This document shows positions 42,160 to 51,837 of a DNA stretch of 64,000 bases, piece after piece (positions within the stretch are counted from its first letter, which is position 1; every line of letters starts with the position of its first letter). The DNA is from an uncultured Armatimonadetes bacterium (lineage in GTDB: Bacteria > Armatimonadota > Hebobacteria > Hebobacterales > Hebobacteraceae): contig OY970296.1 in assembly GCA_963716175.1 (NCBI GenBank), positions 3,712,001-3,776,000 of the forward strand, given 5' to 3'. Under the pieces are notes generated by a model. The model saw only the letters and a list, made by a program, of their open reading frames with translations. It ran no database searches and was not told the origin of the DNA. A program made the translations under genes and the position numbers.

Positions 42160-43014
42160 TCATCCAGGGATGATCTCGAGCGCGAAATCCAGGGCCTTGG
42201 GCGAATGGGTTAGCTCGCCCACGGAGATGTAGCCCACGCCGCACTCGGCGTAGCTTCGCACCGTCTCCAGAGTGATGCCCCCGGAAACCTCGGTCTCGGC
42301 GCGGCCGGCGATGAAGCGAACTGCCTGGCGCACCTGCTCGAGGTTCATGTTGTCGAGCATGATCACATCCGTCCCCGCCGCGATCGCCTCCTCCACCTGC
42401 TCCCTACTCTGCGCCTCCACCTCCACCCGGAGCAGGTGATGGGCCTGACGGCGAACCCGCTCCACCGCGCTCCGGATGCCACCCGCGGCGCGAATGTGAT
42501 TGTCCTTGATCAGGATGCCGTCGAACAGCCCGGTGCGGTGGTTGCAGCCACCCGCGACGCGGACCGCGTACTTGTCCAGGAGGCGCAGACCCGGCGCGGT
42601 CTTGCGGGTGTCGCAGATGCGTGCCTTGGTCCCTTTCACCGCCTCCAGATACTGCGCGGTGAGGGTCGCGATCCCAGACAGACGCTGGACGAAATTGAGA
42701 GCGGTCCGCTCCCCGCTGAGGATCGCCCTGGACTCGCCGGCCAGGCGGGCCACCTCCCTCCCGGGGCCAACTCCATCGCCTTCCTGACAGGCCGGCTGGA
42801 AGTTGATCCCTGAATCCAGCCGGCGGAACACCGCTTCCGCCACCGGCAGGCCGGCCAGCACTCCCTCAGCTTTGGCGATGATCGCGGCCTGGGACCGCGC
42901 TCCTATCGGTATGGTGCTGCTGGTGGTGATGTCTCCCGGCCCCAGGTCCTCCGCCAGGGCGCGCGCCACGATGTCTTGCACAGCCTGCTCAGGGATCCCA
43001 AGGTCAGCGTTCAT
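42160..43014 (-). CDS. nadC: Nicotinate-nucleotide diphosphorylase (carboxylating)
   Basis: EDLGPGDITT, GERTALNF, DTRKTAPG, LIKDNH, MLDNM, SGGI. Confidence 0.96.
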   Translation of the reverse strand: MNADLGIPEQAVQDIVARALAEDLGPGDITTSSTIPIGARSQAAIIAKAEGVLAGLPVAEAVFRRLDSGINFQPACQEGDGVGPGREVARLAGESRAILSGERTALNFVQRLSGIATLTAQYLEAVKGTKARICDTRKTAPGLRLLDKYAVRVAGGCNHRTGLFDGILIKDNHIRAAGGIRSAVERVRRQAHHLLRVEVEAQSREQVEEAIAAGTDVIMLDNMNLEQVRQAVRFIAGRAETEVSGGITLETVRSYAECGVGYISVGELTHSPKALDFALEIIPG

Positions 43015-43940
43015 CACGTCAGCGCCAGCATTCGCTCTATTGCCCTTCTCGCCCCCACCGCCACCTGCTCCGGCACTTCGACCGGATACTTCATATCCTC
43101 CAGTGACCACAGCACCTTCTCGAGGGTGATGCGCTTCATGTTGGGGCAGGTGGCGAGGAAGCTGACCGGCAGGAAGGTCTTCTCCGGGTTCTCCAGCTTC
43201 AGCCGATGGATCAGGCCCAGCTCGGTGCCCACGATCACCTCTTGCGCCTTCGCCGACCGCGCCCACCGCATCATCTGCCCCGTGCTCAGCACCTCGTCCG
43301 CGAGATCAATCACATCGGGCGTGCACTCCGGGTGCACCACCACCACGGCCTGCGGATGCTGCTGTTTCAGCCGCTGGATGTCCTGCGCCAGAATGCGCTG
43401 GTGGGTGGGGCAGTGGCCTTCCCAGAGGATGACCTCCTTGTCGGTATGGCGCTGCACCCAGTGCCCGAGATTCCTATCGGGAAGAAACAGCACTCGCTCG
43501 TCCGGCAAGCTGTTCACGACGCTGATGGCATTGGCGGAAGTGCAGCAGATGTCGGCCTCCGCCTTCACCGCCGCGGTGGTGTTGACATAGGCCACCACCG
43601 GCACGCCTGGCAGCTCCGCCTTGCGCTTGCGCACCGCCTCCACCGGCGCCATGTCGCACATCGGGCAGCCGGCGCGGGGGTCGGGGATGAGCACGCTCCG
43701 CTGGGGGTTGAGGATCTTGGCGGTCTCGGCCATGAACATCACCCCGCAGAAGACGATCACCTCCGCCTCCACCGCGGTCGCCCGGCGGCTCAGCTCCAGC
43801 GAGTCGCCCACGAAATCCGCGATGTCCTGCACCTCGCCCAACTGGTAGTTGTGGGCGAGGATCACCGCCTTGCGCTGCTGCTTCAGGCGAGCGATGCGTT
43901 GCACCAGCTCGACGCGCGGATCAAGTGCAGTGGCAGTCAA
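43014..43940 (-). CDS. nadA: Quinolinate synthase
   Basis: ILAHNYQ, GDSLEL, FCGVMFMAE, AGCPM, YVNT, HPEC, CPNMK. Confidence 0.97.
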   Translation of the reverse strand: MTATALDPRVELVQRIARLKQQRKAVILAHNYQLGEVQDIADFVGDSLELSRRATAVEAEVIVFCGVMFMAETAKILNPQRSVLIPDPRAGCPMCDMAPVEAVRKRKAELPGVPVVAYVNTTAAVKAEADICCTSANAISVVNSLPDERVLFLPDRNLGHWVQRHTDKEVILWEGHCPTHQRILAQDIQRLKQQHPQAVVVVHPECTPDVIDLADEVLSTGQMMRWARSAKAQEVIVGTELGLIHRLKLENPEKTFLPVSFLATCPNMKRITLEKVLWSLEDMKYPVEVPEQVAVGARRAIERMLALT

Positions 43941-43957
43941 CTTCGGTTACCAAGGGA

Positions 43958-43986
43958 ATTATGACTTGCTCACTCGGCGATGTCAA
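43958..43986 (-). promoter_or_regulatory. Sigma70-type promoter for nadA operon
   Basis: TTGACA-17 bp-CATAAT on minus strand. Confidence 0.6.
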
Positions 43987-44003
43987 ACGACTCCGCGGCG
44001 TGG

Positions 44004-45017
44004 TCATCCTGACGGGGCCGCGATCTGCAGCACCGCGGCCCCACTGATCTCGTCGTGTTTGAGCCGGCGCAGGGCCTCGTTGGCTTCACCGAGGGCAAAG
44101 GACTGGGTGTGAGCGCGCAGGGGGATCTGCGCGGCCAGCCGCAGCAGCTCCCGACCGTCCTCGCGCGTGTTCGCGGTCACGCTGCGCAGCGTCCGCTCCT
44201 GGAACAGATGGCGCTCGTAGTCCAGCGCCGGAATCCCCGTGAGATAGATGCCCGCGATCGCCAGGGTGCCGCCCTTGTCGAGGGCCTCGAGCACTGGCGG
44301 AACCAGGTCTCCTACGGGCGCGAAGAGGATGGCGCTATCCAGCTTCACCGGTGGGCGGTCGCTGCCCCCGCCCACCCAGGTTGCCCCCATCTCTGTGGCC
44401 AGCGCTTGGTGCTTCACATCGCGGCTCGCCGCATACACCTCGCAGCCCCAATGGAGTGCGATCTGGATCACGATGTGCGCGGAGACGCCGAACCCATAGA
44501 GCCCGAGCCGCTGCCCTGGCTTCACCTCGCTCCGGCGCAGGGCGCGGTAGCCGATGATGCCCGCGCAGAGGAGAGGCGCGAGGGTGGCGGAGGAAAGCTC
44601 GGATGGCAGCGGGTAGGCGAAGTCCTCCCGCGCCAGCGTGAACTCGGCATAGCCGCCATCCACATCGTAGCCGGTGAACAGGGGCGAATCGCAGAGATTC
44701 TCCTGGCCTCGCCGGCAGTAGCGGCAGGTGCCATCGGTCTGATGCAGCCAGGCCACCCCGACCCAGTCACCGACCTTCAGGCGGGAGCAGCCTGAGCCCA
44801 AGTCCATCACGCGGCCAACAACCTCGTGACCCGGTATCACCGGCTGCTTGTGGGGCGGCAGCTCGCCTTCCACGATGTGCAGGTCAGTGCGGCAGACCCC
44901 ACAGAGTTCGATGCGAACCAATACCTGGCCGGGGCCGGGAGCAGGATCGGGAACCTCGCGCAGGACGAGCGGAGAGCTCTCGATCGGCCCCGGTTTCTCC
45001 AGCACCATAGCCTTCAT
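44004..45017 (-). CDS. Zinc-dependent alcohol dehydrogenase
   Basis: CGVCRTDLH, PGHEVVG, CRYC..ENLC, APLLCAG, GLYGFG. Confidence 0.93.
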   Translation of the reverse strand: MKAMVLEKPGPIESSPLVLREVPDPAPGPGQVLVRIELCGVCRTDLHIVEGELPPHKQPVIPGHEVVGRVMDLGSGCSRLKVGDWVGVAWLHQTDGTCRYCRRGQENLCDSPLFTGYDVDGGYAEFTLAREDFAYPLPSELSSATLAPLLCAGIIGYRALRRSEVKPGQRLGLYGFGVSAHIVIQIALHWGCEVYAASRDVKHQALATEMGATWVGGGSDRPPVKLDSAILFAPVGDLVPPVLEALDKGGTLAIAGIYLTGIPALDYERHLFQERTLRSVTANTREDGRELLRLAAQIPLRAHTQSFALGEANEALRRLKHDEISGAAVLQIAAPSG

Positions 45018-45056
45018 GGCGTGCCTCCCCAATCGGCGGGCGTGGGCATGGCCGCC

Positions 45057-45903
45057 CTACAGCACCACATTATCTATTAGGCGCGTGTTCCCCACAAACG
45101 CCGCCACCGCGAGCACCGCCGGCGCCTCCGCCCGCCCCACCACGGCCAGGCTCTCGGCGTCCCGCAGCTCGGCATACTGGAGCCGAACCAGTGGCTCGGC
45201 GGCGACGGTGTCCTTCACCGCGGACAACAGCGTCGCGCCGTCGCGCTCTCCCGCCTGCATTCGCCCTTTTGCTTCCGAGAGCGCCCGGTATAAGACCGCG
45301 GCGGCCTTCCTCTCCTGCGGAGACAGGTAGGCGTTGCGTGAGCTCATGGCGAGGCCGTCCGGCTCGCGCACCGTGGGCACAGGCACGATCGCGAGCGGGA
45401 GCCTGAGGTCGCGCACCATGCGCTTGATCACCTGCAACTGCTGATAGTCCTTCTCGCCGAAGTAGGCCCGGTCAGGCTGCACGATGTTGAACAGCCGCGC
45501 GCACACCGTCGTTACCCCGCGGAAGTGGCCCGGCCGGTGCGGGGCGCACATCCCCTCGACCAGGGTCCCCGTCACCTCGACGAAGGTAGCGTCACCCGCT
45601 GGGTAGATCTCTTCGACCGATGGCGCGAAACGCGAGCTTCACACCCAGCTCGCTCGCCTTCCGCACATCGCCATCGAGATCGCGGGGGTAGCGATCGAGA
45701 TCCTCGCCCGGCGGAAACTGGGTGGGGTTAACGAAGATGGTCACCACCACATAGCCGCACTCGTCCCGCGCCCGGCGCATCAGGCTCAGATGTCCCTCGT
45801 GAAGCGCGCCCATAGTGGGGACCAGACCGATAGACTGACCGGCGGCCCGGGCCTGCGCCACTCGCGCACGCACCTCTCCAATGATGGTTACGACTTCGGC
45901 CAC
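45057..45903 (-). CDS. panC: Pantoate--beta-alanine ligase, apparent frameshift near 45629
   Basis: [19 protein letters not shown]; removing one T gives [10 protein letters not shown]; [30 protein letters not shown]. Confidence 0.95.
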
Positions 45904-46059
45904 GCGTCTCTCCTCAGCAGTTCGTGGAGGAGCCCCTGCTACTCTGCGCAGCAGCTTCGCTACTCAGCACGAGTCAGCGGGCCCCTCGATTGTCGGCAGC
46001 AGGCAAGTTTACTCGCCTTTGGCGAGCTCCTGCCCAACAGGATAGCGCAGGCGCCGCAG

Positions 46060-47238
46060 CTACTTCAGATAAGCACCTATGCTGGCGAAGTAACCCCTCC
46101 AGAAGCTGATCACCACGATCGCGATCAGCAGAGCGACGATCAGGTAGAAGCCGGTGCCCACGACCACCGCGGTCTGCTTCCCGCCCACCTCTGTCTCAGA
46201 TTCATAGTACTCGGCGATCTTCTCCAGCACCCCCTCATAGGAGCCGGTTTGCTCGGCCGCCGCCAGCAGCTCTACCGCCAACGGCGGCACCGCCCGGCTC
46301 ATCGCCACCACCTCCAGCAGACTGCGGCCGGACAGCACCCCCTGCGCCTCCCGCACCAGACTCGCCTCCATCGCCTTGTTGCCGCTGGCCGCGGCCGCCG
46401 CCACCAGCGCCTGATGCACCGGCACTCCGGCGGTGGCCAGCATCTCCAGGGCCCGCGCCCAGCGGGCAGTGGCCATCCGGCGGGCAAGACTGCCAAACCA
46501 GGGGACATAGAGCTTGACCGCGTCGATCGCTTCTGAGATAGGGCCGACGGTCCTCAGTGCTCGCCACCCATACCAGAGCAGCGTGATGGCCACCAACAGT
46601 GGCAGGGAGCGAGTCAACACCAACACCAACCAGGCGCTGAGCCCGCCGAAGAAGAGCGTCTTCGCGGTTGGTATCAGGATCAGCGCAGCCAGCAGCAGCT
46701 TGGGGTAGAAGGTCTGCCAGCGGTAGCTCTGCTCGAGTTGGAAGATCCGGTCGTAGTACTTCGCCAGGCGATCCGCGGTCAGCTCGATCATCCCCGAGGC
46801 CTCCCCGGCCTCCACCACGGCAGCGCTAGTAGGGTTAAAGGCCGAAGGATAGCGGCCCAGCACGCTCGACATGGGCCGCCCGCGGGCGGCCTCCTCCGAC
46901 ATCTCCTGCGCCGCCCGCTTCAAGGTGGGATTGCTGGTCTGCTGAGACAGCACGCGCATCGCCTGGCTCAGGTTCATCCCGGTGGCGAGCAGCACTCTCA
47001 GGGAGGTGAAGAAGATGGCCAGCGGCTTGCTGTTGACCGGGTGGAAGATCGGCCCGAGCACGCTGCGGGCGAACTCTCGCCCTTCCCTGGCTCGGCTGGC
47101 CGCTACCGGCCGGATCGCCACCACGAAGTAGCCCCGCGCCTGCAGCGCCCGCGCCACGACCTGCGCGTTCTCGCCCTCGAGCGTTCCGGTCTCGGTCTGC
47201 CCGGTCGTCTGCCGGGCCTCATAGGAGAACGTCGGCAT
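46060..47238 (-). CDS. pilC: Type II secretion F / PilC platform protein
   Basis: MPTFSYEA, two T2SSF domains (EAGEASG, AAEQTG...LEKIAEYYE), TM segments. Confidence 0.85.
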   Translation of the reverse strand: MPTFSYEARQTTGQTETGTLEGENAQVVARALQARGYFVVAIRPVAASRAREGREFARSVLGPIFHPVNSKPLAIFFTSLRVLLATGMNLSQAMRVLSQQTSNPTLKRAAQEMSEEAARGRPMSSVLGRYPSAFNPTSAAVVEAGEASGMIELTADRLAKYYDRIFQLEQSYRWQTFYPKLLLAALILIPTAKTLFFGGLSAWLVLVLTRSLPLLVAITLLWYGWRALRTVGPISEAIDAVKLYVPWFGSLARRMATARWARALEMLATAGVPVHQALVAAAAASGNKAMEASLVREAQGVLSGRSLLEVVAMSRAVPPLAVELLAAAEQTGSYEGVLEKIAEYYESETEVGGKQTAVVVGTGFYLIVALLIAIVVISFWRGYFASIGAYLK

Positions 47239-47716
47239 CTACCTTCTGCTCTCTCCGCAATCGGGCTGCGATCTCCGCCGCCCGCTCGCCACCAGGCCCC
47301 CTGAGATCAGGGGCCAGCTCCGCCAGCGGAACCATCACGAACGCCCGCTGCCACATCTGGGGGTGAGGCAGCTCGAAGTCCTCGTCTTTCACCTGCTCGT
47401 CGCCCACCAGCAGGACATCAATGTCAATCTCCCGCGGCCCCCACTTCTCTCGCTTTATTCTCCCCAGTTGCGCCTCTATGCTCTTCACCAATCTGAGCAG
47501 TTCGCGCGCGGTCAGCTCTTCCGCGAGTTCCACCTCCACTACCAGGTTCAGGAAGCGCGGCTGCTCGGTGACGCCCACCGGGTCTGTCTGATAGACGCGT
47601 GAGGCGCGCACGAAGTTCACCCCCGGGGCGCTGCGAAGACGAGCCAGGGCATCGCGCAGGTATTGCAGGCGATCTCCCAGGTTGGACCCCAGACCCAGGA
47701 ACGCGCGCCGGCTCAT
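47219..47716 (-). CDS. folK: 2-amino-4-hydroxy-6-hydroxymethyldihydropteridine diphosphokinase
   Basis: FLGLGSNLGDR, FLNLV, WGPREIDIDVL, LPHP, RAFVMVPL. Confidence 0.96.
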   Translation of the reverse strand: MSRRAFLGLGSNLGDRLQYLRDALARLRSAPGVNFVRASRVYQTDPVGVTEQPRFLNLVVEVELAEELTARELLRLVKSIEAQLGRIKREKWGPREIDIDVLLVGDEQVKDEDFELPHPQMWQRAFVMVPLAELAPDLRGPGGERAAEIAARLRREQKVDADVLL

Positions 47717-47765
47717 CTCGTGTCCCGCCTCCCCACAGTTGGGCAGGGGCTTGCCCCTGCCACCG

Positions 47766-49010
47766 CTACTGCTCCCGCTGGTGCGCCCACTGGTGCTCGC
47801 TGCCGGCCGGCGGCTCGTGCTTCGCCCGCACGATAGCATCGGCCACCCGCGCCACCCGCGCCATCTCCTTCACATCGTGCACGCGCACGATGTCGGCCCC
47901 GGCTGCGATGGCCAGGGCCACGGTGGCCGCCGTGCCCTCCAGCCGCTGGTCGGCCGCCACATCGCCCAGCAGCCTCCCGATGGAGGACTTGCGCGAGGTG
48001 CCAATCATCACCGGGCACCCCAGGCAGCGGAACTCACGCAGCCGCCGCAGCAACTCCAGGTTGTGCTCCACTGTCTTGCCAAACCCGAAACCCGGGTCAA
48101 CCACGATCTGATCTCGCGTCAGGCCCGCGCCCTCCGCCCGCGCGATCCCCTCCTCCAGATAGTCGCTGATCTCACCGATCACATCCGCATACTGTGGGTT
48201 CCTCTGCATGTCCCGCGGTGTGCCCAGGATGTGCATCACCACCACGGCTGCGCCCGCCTCGGCTGCGACGGCGGCCATTTGCTCATCGTGATGCAGGCCG
48301 CTGATGTCGTTAACCAGCGCAGCTCCCCGTGCCAGCGCCTCCTTCGCTACCGCCGACTTGTAGGTATCTATGGAGACCAGCGCATCTGCCTCGGCCGCCA
48401 ATCTCTCGACCACTGGCAGCACCCGCGCCAGCTCCGCTTCCAGGCTCACCGGCTCGGCGCCGGGCCGCGTGGACTCCCCGCCCACATCCAGGATGTCCGC
48501 GCCATCCGCGACCATCTGCTTGCCGAGCCTGAGGGCAGCCTCCACATTGCCGTAAAGCCCATCGCCAGAGAAGGAATCGGGCGTGACATTGATGATCGCC
48601 ATGATCAGCGTCTTCGTGCCCAGCGCCAGCTCGCGCCGCCGGCAGCGCAGCACCCGATCCATCGGCTGCAGGAAGCCCTCCAGTGCGGCGCTCATCCGCC
48701 CTCCGGCCTCGCCGCCGATTTGGGAGGCGATGGCGGCCAGCCTCTGCGCCGGGGCCATCACCACCACGTCGGTTCGCTCCGGGTCCTGGCGCCCGGCGGG
48801 CCGCGCCAGCACCGCCAGCCCGGTGGCCTCTGCTGCGGCTCGCCGCAGCCCCTGCGCCTCTTCCAGGCCAAGCGGCCCCACCAGCATCGCCCGCGCCATC
48901 CCCCGGCCCACGATGGCGCGCACCGCCTCCGCATCCGCTCCTCGCGCGTACAGCTCGGCCACCACTTCGTCGGCCGCTACCGAATCCAACACCCGCGCTC
49001 TCAACTTCAC
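47766..49010 (-). CDS. folP: Dihydropteroate synthase with ~130-aa N-terminal extension
   Basis: IINVTPDSFS, DVGGESTRPG, SIDTYK, NDISG, DPGFGFGK, SRKS, VRVHDV. Confidence 0.95.
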   Translation of the reverse strand: MKLRARVLDSVAADEVVAELYARGADAEAVRAIVGRGMARAMLVGPLGLEEAQGLRRAAAEATGLAVLARPAGRQDPERTDVVVMAPAQRLAAIASQIGGEAGGRMSAALEGFLQPMDRVLRCRRRELALGTKTLIMAIINVTPDSFSGDGLYGNVEAALRLGKQMVADGADILDVGGESTRPGAEPVSLEAELARVLPVVERLAAEADALVSIDTYKSAVAKEALARGAALVNDISGLHHDEQMAAVAAEAGAAVVVMHILGTPRDMQRNPQYADVIGEISDYLEEGIARAEGAGLTRDQIVVDPGFGFGKTVEHNLELLRRLREFRCLGCPVMIGTSRKSSIGRLLGDVAADQRLEGTAATVALAIAAGADIVRVHDVKEMARVARVADAIVRAKHEPPAGSEHQWAHQREQ

Positions 49011-49018
49011 GCCCCTTC

Positions 49019-49969
49019 TCACCTTCGCTCCTTCGCGGTCACGCCTTCGGCCTGCCCGGTCAGGGTTTGCCCTCTCCTCCGGTGCCCATACCCCCAGGCC
49101 CACCACCTGGGTGGGCGCAGCTTGATCGTCACCGCGCCATCCCGATCCGTTCTCATCACCTTCGCTCCCACCCGCTTCAGTTCCGCCAGCATCTGCTCCG
49201 AGGGATGGCCGAACTGGTTGTTCGCGCCCACACTGATCACGGCCAGCTCCGGCCTCGCCGCGTCCAGGAATCGCGGGATCGCCGCCCCTTCCGATCCGTG
49301 GTGGGGCACTTTCAGCACCGTGCTGCGGACGCCCTCTCCTAGCCGCGCCATGCGTTCTGCGCCGGTGCGCTCGATGTCTGCCGCGAAGAGCACGCTCATC
49401 GGCCCATCGGTCAGCCGCATCACCACCGAGTTGTTGTTGGCATCGTTCCCGGTGTCACTCAGCCTCGGGTCCGGCGGATTCAGCACCTCGACGCGAATGC
49501 CGTCACCAAGGTTGAGCCACTGCCCCTCGGTGGCACGGCGCTGAGGGATTTTCCGTTTCTGGATCTCCTCCTCCAGGCGCTGGTAGCTCTGGCTCTTCGC
49601 ATCCAGCTCCGGGTCGAGGACCAGCTTCACCGGCACGGCCTCTACCACCGCGGGCAGCCCCCCGATGTGATCGTCATGGGGATGCGTGACCACGAGCACA
49701 TCTATCTGCTTCACCCGCCGCGCCAGCAGCGCAGGCACTACCACCTCCCGCCCCACATCATACCCGCTCGCCTCCTGCCCCGGCAGGCCGCCGCCGTCAA
49801 TCAGCATCGTCCTGCCGCTCGGAGCTTGCACCAGGATACTGTCCCCCTGCCCGACATCGAGCACGGTGATGGTCAGCCCACCTGCAACCTCCCCCCACGC
49901 CACCCACCAGACGGCGATGACCGCGACGAGGAGGAGCAAGAGCAGTAGTCGTTCGCGACGAATCGTCAT
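49019..49969 (-). CDS. ComEC/Rec2-type metallo-beta-lactamase domain protein (stand-alone, N-terminal TM)
   Basis: LDVGQGDS, THPHDDHIGG, NNNSVV, LKVPHHGS, SVGANNQFGHP, RTDRDG. Confidence 0.92.
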   Translation of the reverse strand: MTIRRERLLLLLLLVAVIAVWWVAWGEVAGGLTITVLDVGQGDSILVQAPSGRTMLIDGGGLPGQEASGYDVGREVVVPALLARRVKQIDVLVVTHPHDDHIGGLPAVVEAVPVKLVLDPELDAKSQSYQRLEEEIQKRKIPQRRATEGQWLNLGDGIRVEVLNPPDPRLSDTGNDANNNSVVMRLTDGPMSVLFAADIERTGAERMARLGEGVRSTVLKVPHHGSEGAAIPRFLDAARPELAVISVGANNQFGHPSEQMLAELKRVGAKVMRTDRDGAVTIKLRPPRWWAWGYGHRRRGQTLTGQAEGVTAKERR

Positions 49970-50001
49970 CTCATCACTCTATCGGCGTCTATCTGCGTTC
50001 A

Positions 50002-51661
50002 TCAGCGATTGCCTTGCTCCGGCTGGCTCCGTGCCTCCGCTCGCCTCCCCAACCACCACCCCAAGCCCACCAACCCCGCATACCATCCGATTATAGCAAC
50101 CCAGCTCGGTCTTGCCGTCTCCAGCGACGCGCCGGGGATGGCAGCCACCGCGCTGCTCACCCAGATCATCCACCGAGTAGCCAGGCCGGTAACCCAACCC
50201 GGGACAGCCGCCACCCAGGGTGCGACCACGCCCAGGGCGCAGGTCGCCATGCCCGCGGCCAGCACCACCCCGGCCAGCGGCACCGCCAGCAGGTTGGCGC
50301 CCAGCCCGCCAATGGGCGCCTGGCCGTAATGCCACACCAGGATGGGGAATGTCGCCAACTGGGCCGCGATCGTCCCTGACAGCCCCAGCAGCAGCCACCG
50401 CGGAGGTCCGGGCAGCAGGCGCTCGACCTTCGGGACCAGGAAGATCAGCGCCCACACCGCGACGAACGAAAGCTCAAACCCAGGCTGGAACAGCGCCTCC
50501 GGCTGCGCCGCCAGAACCCCCAGGCCCGCCACCGCCAAGAGCGTGTAGTGGTCAACGTTCAGCCCATGCGCTCGCGCCACCGCGGGCACGCGCCGCAACA
50601 CCAGGGCCGCGCCCACCATCACTCCCATGATCGCAGCCCGGGCCACGGCCTGACCGCCCTCGGTCAGCGCTGCGTAGTAGATCACCACGAGGACCGCGAT
50701 GGCCGCGGCGCTGATTCCCGGCCAGTGCCTCACCCGACCGCGGCCACTCAGGGGCCAGGCCATCTGGCGCTCGACGCGCGACCGCCGCCAGGCCGCGCCC
50801 AGCGCGCCCGGCAGGAACACGAACCCGAACAGCATCGAGACCATAGCGCCGGACACCACCAGCAGATGGATCGTCCCCGCGCGCCGGAAGTCATCGGAGA
50901 TCTCGCTCGGCGGCGGGGTGGCATGCACCCCGAAGATCACGCTCGACGCTACCACCGCGGTTTGCTCCCCGTAGGGTCCAGGAGATGAAGTGCTCCAACA
51001 GACTCAGGGCGCGACGCTGCGCGGCATAGGCGTGAGCCGACACCACCCCGAGACGACCAGGTCCGAGCGGTTGACCGAGGCTCTCAGTCCCCACGGTCAG
51101 CACCGCCGTTACGCCGAGGGAAGCGATGCGACTTGCCTCCGCGTGGCCCCCCGGATTGCGCTCCTCCCGAGGCGCGCGCAACCGTCCCGTCAGCCGCCAG
51201 CGCTGCCCTCGCTGTACCGTGTGCGAGGACCTAAACCGGACGTACACCTGGCCTCCGACCGGCTCGGCCCGCTCTTCCTCCTCATGCTCCTCGACTGCAA
51301 GCACGAACCGCCACCAGCCATCCGAGTACTGCGGCACACCGGCCACCGTACCCACGAGTGTTTGGCCGCCAGGTGGGAGCCGAGAGACATCGGTTCCAGC
51401 CTGCGCTCCCGCAAGCTGGTAGGCCCAGCCGCCGGCCAGCGCCGCCGCGGCCAGCACCACCACTCCCGCGAACACAGGCCGACGTCGCACACCCCAGGCC
51501 ACCGCGCCCAGGGAGGCAGCGATGCCCGCGCCCCATAGGCTCGGGCGTCCGTAACCGGCGGTAAGGGCGATGCCACCAGCGAAGCCCAGCGCAATGCACA
51601 CCAGCGGCCTGTCAGTCAGGTCCCGCATGCCAGCGCTGACCTTCTCCCGCGCCCAGGCCAT
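50002..51661 (-). CDS. comEC: ComEC competence protein (DUF4131 OB + Competence membrane domain), apparent frameshift near 50985
   Basis: RNPGG motif, FRRAGTIHLLVVSG, RAAIMG, GFELSF, NLLAVP. Confidence 0.88.
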
Positions 51662-51738
51662 CCCTCTGTCAACGCGGTCGGAGCGCCGGTGGGCCACCTC
51701 CTATCAGGGAACTCGCCCCCCTTTTGGCCTTATATAGC

Positions 51739-51796
51739 ATCACAGTGCACAAATGCCTGTGATACGTCTTGACATTAGCGCAAAATGTGGCACAAT
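51739..51796 (+). promoter_or_regulatory. Divergent promoter region with inverted repeat
   Basis: ATCACAG-11 bp-CTGTGAT (51739-51763) just upstream of TTGACA (51769-51774) and TG-n-CACAAT (51791-51796); AT-rich island. Confidence 0.55.
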
Positions 51797-51837
51797 ATGT
51801 ATTGGCTACTAATGACGCCAGGCACTGGAGGCCAGCG

